From: Nitrospirota bacterium
Lineage (GTDB): Bacteria; Nitrospirota; UBA9217
Direction: 5' to 3'
DNA length: 64,000 nucleotides
Assembly: GCA_963740085.1 (NCBI GenBank)
Contig: CAVUCU010000004.1
Span: forward strand, 608,001 to 672,000
Part shown: piece after piece, positions 20,625-33,882 of the stretch
Layout of the letters: each line of letters starts with the position of its first letter
How positions within the stretch are numbered: position 1 is the first letter of the stretch
The notes under the pieces: generated by a model
What the model was told of the DNA's origin: nothing
The model's input: the letters and a program-made list of their open reading frames with translations, nothing else
The model's database searches: none
Translations under genes and position numbers: made by a program

Positions 20625-21448
20625 ACGTATCCGTCATTGTACCCACCTATAACCGTCCCGGGGCACTCAAGCTTTGCCTGAAGAGCCTGGCAGGACAGAG
20701 TATGGTACCGTCAGAAGTCTTAATTGCCGATGACGGGAGCTCTTCCGAGACACGGGATTTTGTGCAGGAAATGCAGGGGTCGCTTCACGATATTTTCCCC
20801 ATCAAACATATTTGGCAGGAGGATATCGGCTTCAGGAAGCCTCAAATCCTGAATCAGACAGTCAGGCAGACAACCGGAGACTACCTGATCTTTATCGACG
20901 GCGACTGTATGGCGCACCGGAATTTCGTTCAGGCTCACGTAGAGCACAGCAGCTCTTCAGCTATTCTGGGCGGCAAGCGGGTTGAGATTGGAAAGAAATT
21001 GACAGAACAACTGCTTAAAGAGGGAATGATATTGAACAGCTTCAACCTGCGGCTCATTCTGGACTCTTTGGTCGGCAATTCTCGAAAAGTCGAAGAAGCA
21101 ATCCAGATTAAAAATCCGCTTCTCAGACGTCTTATGCACCGCGATCAAATTACTGACGATGGCATCTGGGGTTGTAATTTCAGTCTTTCTAAAAGCCTGT
21201 TCATGGACATCAACGGCTGCGATGAGGACTTCCTGGACGGATCGCTTGAGGATAATGACCTCGGCATCAGGGTGTTGAACCAGGGTAAACAAGTCAGATC
21301 GGTAAGAGGCCTCGCGATCGTACTGCATCTCTGGCATCCTTCGTCGTGGAGCTTTGAAGGAGAAAAATACCGGGATAACTTAAAAATAATAAAACGCCGG
21401 ATAGAACTCAAAGAGACTTTTTGTAAAAACGGGATTAAGAAACTTTAG
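20621..21448 (+). CDS. Family 2 glycosyltransferase (galactosyltransferase-like C-terminus)
   Basis: SVIVPTYNRP, ADDGS, FIDGD, WGCNFS, ED, HLWH. Confidence 0.88.
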   Translation: MNVSVIVPTYNRPGALKLCLKSLAGQSMVPSEVLIADDGSSSETRDFVQEMQGSLHDIFPIKHIWQEDIGFRKPQILNQTVRQTTGDYLIFIDGDCMAHRNFVQAHVEHSSSSAILGGKRVEIGKKLTEQLLKEGMILNSFNLRLILDSLVGNSRKVEEAIQIKNPLLRRLMHRDQITDDGIWGCNFSLSKSLFMDINGCDEDFLDGSLEDNDLGIRVLNQGKQVRSVRGLAIVLHLWHPSSWSFEGEKYRDNLKIIKRRIELKETFCKNGIKKL

Positions 21449-21527
21449 GAAAGCATAAGAGTATAATCGGACAGGGGAGTGAAAAAAAACCGCAAGAAAC
21501 CGGAAAAGAAAAACAGATATATTCACA

Positions 21528-21555
21528 ATTTAACATAATATACATTATCAGACAA
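21528..21555 (-). other. dif: dif site (XerC/XerD chromosome dimer resolution site)
   Basis: Minus strand TTGTCTGATAA-TGTATA-TTATGTTAAAT; spacer and XerD arm identical to E. coli dif; AT-rich gap between convergent genes. Confidence 0.85.
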
Positions 21556-21643
21556 TTTAAATAATAAAGGTAAACGTAACTTAACAGCCTTTAACTTACT
21601 GTTATATTGACAGTTATATTATATAGTTCACGTATTTTTAATG

Positions 21644-22519
21644 CTAAAACTTTACGCTCATTAATCCCATAACCCTGCCTGAATTGTCATATCCCTCAAG
21701 TTTTTTGTGCAAAGATTGGGACCCGATGGTAAGATTGAACCGTTCGGTCACCAGCCTCAGGCCGTAAGTAAGCCCGGTGTAGTCTCCACCGCCCAGGGTA
21801 ATCAAGTCTTTCCCCGTTAACAAGGAAAACTCAACGAACATCTGAAGGTTCTTATATTTACTGATCGGGAAAAGCATACCCGCATTATATATCTGGTACA
21901 TGTCCTTGAGTCGCTTTGAGGTCAAATCCTGTCCTACCATTTGCCCATCAATATAGATACCGAGGATATGATCCTGCCAGCTGACCTCGGTGCCAACTGA
22001 CAGGCCTAATCGCATCCCCCAATGGGAAACCGCGTTGGTTTTAAGGTCGCTATTGTTTTCCGTCGGTATCATGCCGGAGACGATTAGGGAGACCGCCGGA
22101 CGCACCGAGGCTTCAGGTTGGGGAAGAAAATTCCATTTGTATGACAATTCGATGTCTCCGGTTTTTCGAGTGACCACAGTCGTGCCGGTTGGACCTTCCG
22201 AGATGCTAAAGTATGAAGTTTTGAATGCGAGTTCCGAGTGACTCGATATTCCAATGGTTGCACTTAATGGATACTCGGTAATAGTATAATCAGGCCTGAT
22301 ACTGTTTTCAGACACGACAGAAGCTCCGATCTCGATGGTTCCCGGTGTAAGAGTATAGGGTGATGTGGTTATTAGAAGGCCAGTGAGTCCCGATGTGTTT
22401 ACCGGCCGGTTCACGATATCAAGTTCCTCCGCCACAACAACGTCAGTCTTCCAACACAGCAGCGCGCAAAAGAAGAACAACAGGACGGGAAATTTCTTTT
22501 TTATCAGAGTAATGATCAT
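21644..22519 (-). CDS. Hypothetical exported protein, probable outer-membrane beta-barrel
   Basis: Signal peptide, GLTGL..P.TL..G N-terminal motif, alternating hydrophobic strands, terminal Phe. Confidence 0.6.
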   Translation of the reverse strand: MIITLIKKKFPVLLFFFCALLCWKTDVVVAEELDIVNRPVNTSGLTGLLITTSPYTLTPGTIEIGASVVSENSIRPDYTITEYPLSATIGISSHSELAFKTSYFSISEGPTGTTVVTRKTGDIELSYKWNFLPQPEASVRPAVSLIVSGMIPTENNSDLKTNAVSHWGMRLGLSVGTEVSWQDHILGIYIDGQMVGQDLTSKRLKDMYQIYNAGMLFPISKYKNLQMFVEFSLLTGKDLITLGGGDYTGLTYGLRLVTERFNLTIGSQSLHKKLEGYDNSGRVMGLMSVKF

Positions 22520-23118
22520 TATTTGCCTATCTTTGGTTCTGTTCCTGCAAGAAGCCGCTTGATATTTTCCCGGTGTCGATAATAGATCATGCCGAAAATA
22601 AAGAGGGAAAGTAAACCATAATTATTTGAAAGGGGCGAGATTGCAAAAAAGGTTACCCCGAGATAGAAGGCGAATGAAATGAGCGCCGCGAGGGAAGAAT
22701 AACCCCAGATGTATGCGGCAAGCGCCCAGATAAGAAGGCACAGGAGGCCTGTCAAGGGGGCAACCGCAAGGACAACTCCAAAACTGGTTGCCACCCCTTT
22801 CCCGCCTTTAAAATTAAGATAGATGGGGAAATTATGTCCCAGGACGGCGGCCGCACCGGACAAAACCGTTGCAGTATCGTCATGGAAAAAAGACTTCACA
22901 AGCAACACGGGTATCAGGCTTTTCAACACGTCAGCCAGAAGGGTCAGGACCGCCGCCTTTTTTCCTGCAGCCCGAAGCACGTTGGTAGCGCCGATGTTGC
23001 CGCTCCCGACGGTGCGCACATCAACGTCGGAAAAGAGTTTACTGAACATGAGGCCGAACGGCACTGCGCCCAGTAAATAGGATGAGAGGATCGCGAGTAT
23101 CTGGATGAGGGTATCCAT
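22519..23118 (-). CDS. plsY: Glycerol-3-phosphate acyltransferase PlsY
   Basis: GSGNIGATNVLR, GHNFP..FKGGKGVAT, HRENIKRL; start refined to 23118. Confidence 0.93.
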   Translation of the reverse strand: MDTLIQILAILSSYLLGAVPFGLMFSKLFSDVDVRTVGSGNIGATNVLRAAGKKAAVLTLLADVLKSLIPVLLVKSFFHDDTATVLSGAAAVLGHNFPIYLNFKGGKGVATSFGVVLAVAPLTGLLCLLIWALAAYIWGYSSLAALISFAFYLGVTFFAISPLSNNYGLLSLFIFGMIYYRHRENIKRLLAGTEPKIGK

Positions 23119-23123
23119 AACGG

Positions 23124-23672
23124 CTAGTTCAGTTTTTTCCAGTAGGTCCTGAAGTACTGCAATGCTGAATACACGGAGAGGATCATTGCAATCCAGAGTG
23201 CGTACCACCCGAGATCTCTCATCCAATCCTCGGTAAAGACATGATCAAGAAGAAGGGAAAGAACTGCGGTGATCTGGGCCCCTACTTTGTATTTACCGAC
23301 GGTTTCTGCCGGAATGATAATGCCGTCGCTCGACGCAATCGCGCGGAGCCCGGTAACAGCAAACTCCCTCCCGATGATCAGGATTGCCATCCAGGAACGG
23401 ACAATGTGCGGGGGTAATGCCACTAAGATGACCAGTGCGGACATAATCAAGATTTTATCCGCAATGGGGTCAAGAAGTTTCCCCATTTTAGTCACCTGCC
23501 CCCATTTTCGCGCTAAATAGCCATCGAGCCAGTCCGTGGCAGAGGCAAGCGAGAACACAAGGCCCGCAGCGAGCGTCCGTACCGGGCTGGGTTCGAGCAT
23601 AAGAACGATGAAGATTGGCACCGCCAGGATCCTGCTTATCGAGAGCAGATTAGGTATGTTGAAAATATTCAG
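23124..23672 (-). CDS. pgsA: CDP-diacylglycerol--glycerol-3-phosphate 3-phosphatidyltransferase
   Basis: NIPNLLS..R, DWLDGYLARK...GKLLDPIADK CDP-alcohol motif; start uncertain (CTG 23672 or ATG 23708). Confidence 0.92.
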   Translation of the reverse strand: MNIFNIPNLLSISRILAVPIFIVLMLEPSPVRTLAAGLVFSLASATDWLDGYLARKWGQVTKMGKLLDPIADKILIMSALVILVALPPHIVRSWMAILIIGREFAVTGLRAIASSDGIIIPAETVGKYKVGAQITAVLSLLLDHVFTEDWMRDLGWYALWIAMILSVYSALQYFRTYWKKLN

Positions 23673-24568
23673 GGTTGTCTCCTCCAGCGGCGGTGCATCC
23701 AGACCCACTGTTCCGGGTTTTTTCGTATCGAATTCTCTATCTTCTTCGTAAGCATGGCAGTATTGGCTAGTATGTCTTTTTCGCTGTCGCCTGTTTGAAC
23801 CAGTTCGACCGGTCCTTCGACGGTGATGGTATGCCTGTTATCTCTATTGCGGTGGACGTAACCGAAAATCACCGGCGCTCCGAATTTTAACGCCATCGAT
23901 GCAGCTGCCGTCGGGGTCCATGCTGGCCGTCCCATGAAGTCCACGAAAGTGCTCTCCACATCCGTATCCTGATCAATCAGGATACCCATGATGCGATTTT
24001 CCTTGAAAACCCGTACCAGTTCTCTTGATGCGCCCGGCCTGCTGCGCAGGATCGTCCTCACACCCATCCCCGCGCGCAATCCCACGATCATGTCGTTTAC
24101 CTGTTCCGGTTCGATGGGTGCCGCTATGACGCTGAGGTTGTATCGGGCCGCAACAGCATGGCCCATGATCTCCCAGTTGCCGATATGACCGGTAACATAG
24201 ATCACTCCCTTGCCGCTGCCGATTGCCGTGTGAAGCGCTTCTTCTCCCCTGAATTCGATGACCTGTTCAAGACGTCGGGGCGTCATGAGCATGACCTCCA
24301 GCACGCACTTACCCAGATGAATGAAACAGCTTTTGGCCGTATGGCGTATCCATGAACTGTCTTTTTCAGGGAACGCAATCGTCAGATGGGTGATCGCCCT
24401 TTTCCGCTCCCGGGGAAGCAGAAAGTACGTAATTAAACCGAGCCTGCCTCCCGCCCAAACACCCGCTTGATACGGCATGAGCAAAGAAAATAACCTGACA
24501 AGTCTGGTGGACCATATCAGGGACAAGCGTGTTATCCATTTTCTCGTCTGCAGCGCCCATTCTCTCAT
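23669..24568 (-). CDS. Lipid A late acyltransferase (LpxL/HtrB family)
   Basis: H(X)4E (HIGNWE), LIDQD, PEQWVWMHRRW. Confidence 0.88.
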   Translation of the reverse strand: MREWALQTRKWITRLSLIWSTRLVRLFSLLMPYQAGVWAGGRLGLITYFLLPRERKRAITHLTIAFPEKDSSWIRHTAKSCFIHLGKCVLEVMLMTPRRLEQVIEFRGEEALHTAIGSGKGVIYVTGHIGNWEIMGHAVAARYNLSVIAAPIEPEQVNDMIVGLRAGMGVRTILRSRPGASRELVRVFKENRIMGILIDQDTDVESTFVDFMGRPAWTPTAAASMALKFGAPVIFGYVHRNRDNRHTITVEGPVELVQTGDSEKDILANTAMLTKKIENSIRKNPEQWVWMHRRWRRQP

Positions 24569-25084
24569 GAAGTATACAGCTTGCCCTGATGCTTCAGTAT
24601 GAGGTTGATGAACTCACGCACTGCGCCCCTCCCGCCCGCTGTTTTGGTCACCATGTGCACGAATGGCTTCACGGAGGGGTCCGCATCGGCAACAGTCACG
24701 GCAAGACCAGCGCGCTTTAAAATACCCACATCAACGACATCGTCCCCCATATACGCAACATCCTCGTCAAGGAAACCGTATTTCAGCAGGATCGATTCGT
24801 AAATCGCTATCTTCTCGTACGCTCCCTGATGTACTTCCTCGATGCCGAGCTCCCGCGCACGGATGTTTACGACCTCTGATTTTCTCCCCGTGATAATGCC
24901 GACGATAATACCGGCACGTTGGGCCAGTTTGATCCCGTGTCCGTCGCGCACATGGAATGCCTTGAGCTCATTGCCCTGAGTGTCAAGCACGATCCTGCCG
25001 TCGGTTAACACGCCGTCAACATCAAGCAACAGAAGCTTGATGTTTTATCGCCTTCGACTGGATCGATGTTTTAGTTGTTCTCAT
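24565..25084 (-). pseudogene. kdsC: KDO 8-phosphate phosphatase, frameshifted near the 5' end (probable sequence error)
   Basis: DVDGVLTDG, GDD..D, GGRGAVRE; ATG 25084 with GGAG RBS joins in frame if the base at 25047 is removed (..KAKNIKLLLLDVDG). Confidence 0.85.
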
Positions 25085-25112
25085 TGACTCCGAACTCCGA
25101 AATTGTTATAAG

Positions 25113-26077
25113 TCACACCACCCCGGCCTTCAGCAGATCGTGGAGATGAATGACCCCTTCAGGCGCACCGTTGGAGTCCGATATGATGAGCGAGGTAATG
25201 GAGTTATTCTCCATGATGGCCACGGCCTCCGCTGCAAGGGAATCTTTCCTTGCGACCTTCGGATTTCTGGTCATGATGTCCTTTGCCGATTTCGCGAGCA
25301 GGTTCTCTCCCGATTTCTCGGTTTTTTCCATCCATCGACGGAGATCGCCGTCGGAAATAATACCGACCAGTTTCCCAGATGCATTCACAACCGCTGTGAT
25401 GCCCATCTTCTTAGATGATATTTCGTAGATCGCATCCTTGATAAGCGTGCCCTCGGAGACGATCGGGACGTCAGTTCCGCTGTGCATCAGGTCCCGCACA
25501 CGAAGCAGGAGCTTTTTGCCAAGCGCTCCGCCGGGGTGAAAGCAGGCAAAGTCCTCTTCCCGGAATCCACGCTGGTCCAGCAGCACAACGGCCAGGGCAT
25601 CCCCCATCGCCAGTGTCGCCGTGGTGCTTGCCGTCGGCGTGAGCCCAAGAGGACAGGCCTCTTCCTTAACTCCGACGTCGATGACCACGTCGCTGTTCTT
25701 GGCCAGGGTGGACTCTGGATTTCCGGTGAGCGCGATGATGCCGATCCCGAGCCGCTTCAGCGACGGCAGCATTCTCGATACTTCATCGGTCTCGCCGCTG
25801 TTGGAGAGGGCTATTACCGTGTCGCCTCTCATGACCATACCGAGGTCTCCATGGATGCCCTCGGCCGGATGCAGAAAGAGCGCGGGTGTGCCGGTGGATG
25901 CGAGCGTGGCAGCGATCTTCTTGGCAATGAGTCCGGACTTGCCCATGCCGGTTACAACGACCCGGCCTTTACAGCTCAGGATCATCTTTACGGCCTGTTC
26001 GAATCGTCCGTCAATACGGTCAATAAGCGCCGCGACTGCTTCGGCTTCTATTCCCAAAACCTTTTTCGCCCGGTCAA

Positions 26078-26081
<4 letters not shown>
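25113..26081 (-). CDS. kdsD: Arabinose-5-phosphate isomerase (SIS + 2 CBS)
   Basis: GMGKSG, HGDLG, SNSGET, PTASTT, HPGG, CBS pair. Confidence 0.93.
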
Positions 26082-29342
<3,261 letters not shown>

Positions 29343-29410
29343 ACCGGTTGGTCATTAAGATCACGCTCGGCAGCTGCTTATAATTTGGTAATTGATCAGG
29401 GGATCCTATT

Positions 29411-30355
29411 TTACTTGGCTTTTGAGATAGCCAGTTCTTTTTTGAAATATTCGATGGTTCTCTTGAGCCCTTCGTCAACCGATACTTTGGGCTGCCATCC
29501 GAGTTTCTCTGATGCAAGGGTAATATCGGGCATGCGTTGTGTTGGATCGTCCGACGGAAGCGGTTTGTAAATAATCTTCGATTTGGACCCCGTCATGGCA
29601 ATGATCTTCTTCGCAAAGTTTAGGATCGTGTATTCGTCCGGGTTCCCGATGTTCACGGGGCCGGTGAAGTTCTCGCTGTTCATCAGCGTCACCATGCCGT
29701 CGATGAGATCGTCCACGTAGCAGAAAGAGCGTGTCTGTGAACCTTTGCCGTAGACGGTGATGTCCTCTCCCTTGAGCGCCTGGACGATGAAGTTGCTCAC
29801 GACACGGCCGTCGTCGGCCAGCATCCGGGGGCCGTAGGTGTTGAAGATGCGCATGATCTTGATGTCCACGCGGTTCTGGCGATGGTAGTCCATCATCAGG
29901 GTCTCGGCAGCGCGCTTGCCCTCATCATAGCAGCTCCGGATGCCGATGGGGTTCACATGTCCCCAGTAGTCCTCTTTTTGCGGGTGCACTTCGGGGTCGC
30001 CGTAGACTTCCGACGTGGACGCCAGGAGCATTCTCGCATTGACCCTTTTTGCGATGCCGAGCATGTTGAGCGTGCCCATGATATTGGTCTTGATGGTCTT
30101 GACCGGATTGTACTGATAGTGGATAGGCGAGGCCGGACATGCCAGATGGTAGATCCTGTCCACCTCCAGGAGAATGGGAAGAACAATGTCGTGCCGCACC
30201 AGCTCAAAAGAAGGATTTCGCAGGAACTCTGCAACGTTTCTCTTTCTGCCGGTAAAAAAATTATCCAGGCAAAGCACTTCATCCCCGTCCCGAAGCAGTC
30301 GTTCGCACAGGTGTGATCCTAAAAAGCCCGCACCGCCGGTTACCAGAATTCTCAT
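29411..30355 (-). CDS. uxs: UDP-glucuronate decarboxylase (UDP-xylose synthase)
   Basis: [45 protein letters not shown]. Confidence 0.9.
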   Translation of the reverse strand: MRILVTGGAGFLGSHLCERLLRDGDEVLCLDNFFTGRKRNVAEFLRNPSFELVRHDIVLPILLEVDRIYHLACPASPIHYQYNPVKTIKTNIMGTLNMLGIAKRVNARMLLASTSEVYGDPEVHPQKEDYWGHVNPIGIRSCYDEGKRAAETLMMDYHRQNRVDIKIMRIFNTYGPRMLADDGRVVSNFIVQALKGEDITVYGKGSQTRSFCYVDDLIDGMVTLMNSENFTGPVNIGNPDEYTILNFAKKIIAMTGSKSKIIYKPLPSDDPTQRMPDITLASEKLGWQPKVSVDEGLKRTIEYFKKELAISKAK

Positions 30356-30456
30356 TTTTCTCCTTTACACGAAATACCTGAGAGCACTGAGTAACTTGAA
30401 TGGAGAGCAAATCTTATTTTCCATTCTTTGCTCTGTGCTTTTGTCCAGCACTGTCG

Positions 30457-31794
30457 TTACTTTCGCCCTATGCTGTGATAGGTGAACCCCATTTTCCTGA
30501 GTTCTGCTTTATTATAGATGTTCCTGCCATCGAAAATGAGCGGTTTCTTCAAGAGCTTTTTGATCTTCTTGAAATCGGGTGTCCGGAATTCGCTCCATTC
30601 GGTAACAACCGCAAGCGCATCCGCATCCCGGAGCATTTCATAGTCGTCATCACTGAATTGAACCCTCTTCTTAAAGATCTTGCGCGCCTCGTTCATAGCC
30701 ACCGGATCATGCGCCTTGATTTTCGCACCTGCACGAAGAAGACTGTTGATGATGACGACGGAAGGCGCTTCCCGCATATCGTCGGTGCGGGGTTTGAACG
30801 CAAGACCCCAGACGGCGATCGTCTTGCCGACGAGGGGTTTTGAGGTCTTGGCGACTTTTTTAGCTCCCATCATCGCCTCGAAATGTGCAATGATCATATC
30901 TGACAACAGCGACTTCTGATGTTCATTCACTGCTTCGACGGCTTTAAGTACCTTCGCTTCAACACCATGGTCTCGAGCAGTTTGGACCAGCGCCTTCACG
31001 TCCTTGGGAAAACATGATCCGCCATATCCCACTCCAGGGAACATAAATTCAAACCCAATGCGCTTGTCATAACCCATGCCCTTGCGCACATTGTCGATAT
31101 CGGCCCCTAAACTGGCACAGATGATCGCCATTTCATTGATAAACGATATTTTGGTCGCGAGCATGGCATTTGATGCATACTTGGTCATTTCCGCGCTCCT
31201 GATATCCATGACAAGGGTGCGGTCTCCTTTTCGAACGAATGGCGAATACACGATCTTGCATGATTTCCATTGCTCGTGCGCTATCCGTGCCAATCACAAT
31301 CGGTCAGGCTTCATGAAATCTTCGATCGCTGAGCCTTCCTTTAAAAATTCTGGATTGGAAACAACGTCAAACGCATGAGAGGTCTTATCTGCTACTGCGG
31401 TTTTGACCTTTTCAGCCGTACCGACCGGCACGGTGCTCTTGTTGACAATTACCTTATAGCCGTTCATGTGCTTGCCGATCTGACGGCTTGCATCAATCAC
31501 ATACTTAAGGTCAGCGGAGCCGTCTTCCCCCGGGGGCGTGCCCACGGCAATGAAGATGATGTCTGATCTTTTAACCGCTTTGGACATGTCCGTGGTAAAG
31601 GTCAAGCGTTCATGGGACACGTTCCGCTTGATAAGCTCTTCCAGTCCCGGCTCGTAGATGGGCAACTTTCCGGAATTAAGCATCTCGATCTTCCGTTCAT
31701 CAATGTCCATACATATGACGTCGTTGCCGCTTTCGGCAAGACAAGTGCCTGTCACCAGGCCCACATAACCGGTTCCGATTACGGATATTTTCAT
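30457..31794 (-). pseudogene. ugd: UDP-glucose 6-dehydrogenase interrupted by two compensating single-base indels (probable sequence errors)
   Basis: [20 protein letters not shown] in 5' ORF; AEMTKY, GYGGSCFPKD, FKPRTDD.R in 3' ORF; missing [16 protein letters not shown] is present in another frame between about 31300 and 31252. Confidence 0.88.
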
Positions 31795-31886
31795 ACTACT
31801 CCTTCTCCTTGTTCAAAGCCCGTTGCGCGTGGTAAAGCTTTATGGTACGATCATTAAGAAGTATCATCTATCTCTTATACGCCTGC

Positions 31887-33032
31887 TTATGATCTCTTCA
31901 TATAGTTTTTTTCGATCCACTTCATGTACTCTCCGCTCCTGACGCTCTTTACCCAGTCGGCGTTGTTAAGGTACCAGGCGATCGTATCCTTCAAACCATT
32001 CTCGAAATCATGCCGTTGCGTCCACCCGAGTTCGTTCTTGATCTTGTCGCAGTTTATCGCATAACGCCGGTCATGACCAGGCCGATCGGTGACGAAGGTG
32101 ATAAGGTCCTGATACGTATTGAGTTCGGGGTTTCCGGTTCGAAGTACAGGATTGTCCCTGACGGGACAGAGCCTGTCAAGTACGTTACAGATCTCCCGCA
32201 CGACCTCGATGTTCTTCTTTTCACATTCGCCGCCGATATTGTAGGTCTCGCCTGCGATCCCCTTATTCAGGATCATCCAGATCGCTTCACAATGATCCTC
32301 GACATAAAGCCAGTCCCGTACGTTTTTCCCGTCCCCGTAGACAGGCAAGGACTTTCCTTCAAGGGCGTTCAATATGATGAGCGGAATCAGTTTTTCGGGA
32401 AAATGAAAGGGGCCATAATTATTAGAGCAGTTGGAGATGGTAACCGGCAGGCCATAGGTATGATAATAAGCCCTGACGAGGTGATCCGAGGCCGCCTTGG
32501 ACGCTGAGTAAGGACTTCTGGGATCATATGATGTCGTTTCAAAAAAAAACCCTGTATCGCCGAGAGAACCATATACCTCATCAGTGCTGATATGGTGGAA
32601 GCGTGCATCAGATCTTCCTGTCCAAAGCTGACGACTTACTTCGAGCAGGTTGAATGTGCCATTGATGTTCGTCTCAACGAACTCTTTGGGGCCGAAGATG
32701 GAGCGGTCAACGTGGCTTTCAGCGGCAAAATGAACAATGACGCGTATTTTGAATTTTGTGACAACTTCTTTGACCTTTTCGTAATCCAGAATGTCGCCAC
32801 GCTCGAAAAAATAGTTTTTCCCGCCGAATTTCTCTTCAATGTCTGTAAGGTTCAGGAGGTTCCCGGCATAGGTCAATTTGTCGTAATTAACGATCACGCC
32901 CTTGAAAGCAGTTTTTTCAAAAACATACCTGATAAAATTGGACCCGATAAAACCGGCTCCGCCCGTCACCAGGATACTTGCCGATCCAGGGACCAGGTTA
33001 TTATTCGATGTATTCCTATTGCCGTTATTCAT
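31887..33032 (-). CDS. rfbB: dTDP-glucose 4,6-dehydratase
   Basis: GGAGFIGSNF, AAESHVDRS, STDEVYG, YSASK, DRPGHDRRY; start refined to 33032. Confidence 0.95.
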   Translation of the reverse strand: MNNGNRNTSNNNLVPGSASILVTGGAGFIGSNFIRYVFEKTAFKGVIVNYDKLTYAGNLLNLTDIEEKFGGKNYFFERGDILDYEKVKEVVTKFKIRVIVHFAAESHVDRSIFGPKEFVETNINGTFNLLEVSRQLWTGRSDARFHHISTDEVYGSLGDTGFFFETTSYDPRSPYSASKAASDHLVRAYYHTYGLPVTISNCSNNYGPFHFPEKLIPLIILNALEGKSLPVYGDGKNVRDWLYVEDHCEAIWMILNKGIAGETYNIGGECEKKNIEVVREICNVLDRLCPVRDNPVLRTGNPELNTYQDLITFVTDRPGHDRRYAINCDKIKNELGWTQRHDFENGLKDTIAWYLNNADWVKSVRSGEYMKWIEKNYMKRS

Positions 33033-33882
33033 AAAGCGATGCACCTTCTCGTAAGAATGATCTGACTGTCTCTTCCCAGGATGGAATATCAATGTTTAGG
33101 TGGCCCGCAAGCTTTCCATTGCTCATGGCCGAAAACTTCGGCCGTTTTGCGGGCAGATTGAATGTATCCATGGTCACCGGCCTGATAAATTTGCTCATCC
33201 CGATCGTGCTCAAGATCAGCTTTGCCCATTCATAGCGAGAGCAGAAACCAGTGTTCGTCAAATGGTACCGCCCGGTCATGCCTTGTTCGATCGCCTTGAG
33301 CGTAATGTCGACCACGGTGCCGGTATATGTCGGTGCGGAGAACTCATCACAGGCTATCTTCAGATATTCGCTGTTCCTCGCCCATTCGATAAGTTTATAA
33401 ATGAAATTCTGCTTTCCTGCGCCGAAAACCCAACTCAGCCTGAGGACCAGGCATTGGTCCAGTTCTTCCAAAACAGTTTGTTCCCCGGCAAGCTTGCTTT
33501 TGCCGTATTCATTCAACGGACTCACTGAGTCGCTCTCGATGTACAAGCCGCTCTCCTTGAGTCCGTCAAAAACATAGTCCGATCCGAAATGCACAAGGAT
33601 CGCTTTCTGTGATGCGGCAGCCAGGGCGAGATTTTTCGGGCCCGTGGCATTTACTGCGAAAACCGTGTCCTTGACCTGTTCAGCCTTGTCAACGAGGTTG
33701 TAGGCGGCACAATTGATGATAACGTCGGGTTTTAGGGTTGCAACGACAGCGGCAACGATTTTCTGGTTCGTGATGTCAAGATGAGATTCATCAGGAGCGT
33801 GGAAATCGATCGATCGTTCTTCAAACTTCTTAATGAACGCCTGTGCAAGTTGACCATTTTTGCCTGTGATGAGATATTTCAT
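33025..33882 (-). CDS. rfbD: dTDP-4-dehydrorhamnose reductase
   Basis: GKNGQL, NCAAYN.VD.AE, SDYVFDG, YGKSKL.GE, AKRP. Confidence 0.93.
   Translation of the reverse strand: MKYLITGKNGQLAQAFIKKFEERSIDFHAPDESHLDITNQKIVAAVVATLKPDVIINCAAYNLVDKAEQVKDTVFAVNATGPKNLALAAASQKAILVHFGSDYVFDGLKESGLYIESDSVSPLNEYGKSKLAGEQTVLEELDQCLVLRLSWVFGAGKQNFIYKLIEWARNSEYLKIACDEFSAPTYTGTVVDITLKAIEQGMTGRYHLTNTGFCSRYEWAKLILSTIGMSKFIRPVTMDTFNLPAKRPKFSAMSNGKLAGHLNIDIPSWEETVRSFLREGASLYE

Noticed and set aside
21599-21625. LexA-like box CTGT..ACAG near dif
   Set aside because: Spacing is N7 rather than N8 and it lies between convergent gene ends.
31294-31296. In-frame TGA in ugd as selenocysteine or alternative genetic code
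   Set aside because: The conserved peptide is in another frame, and TGA is a normal stop in many genes here.
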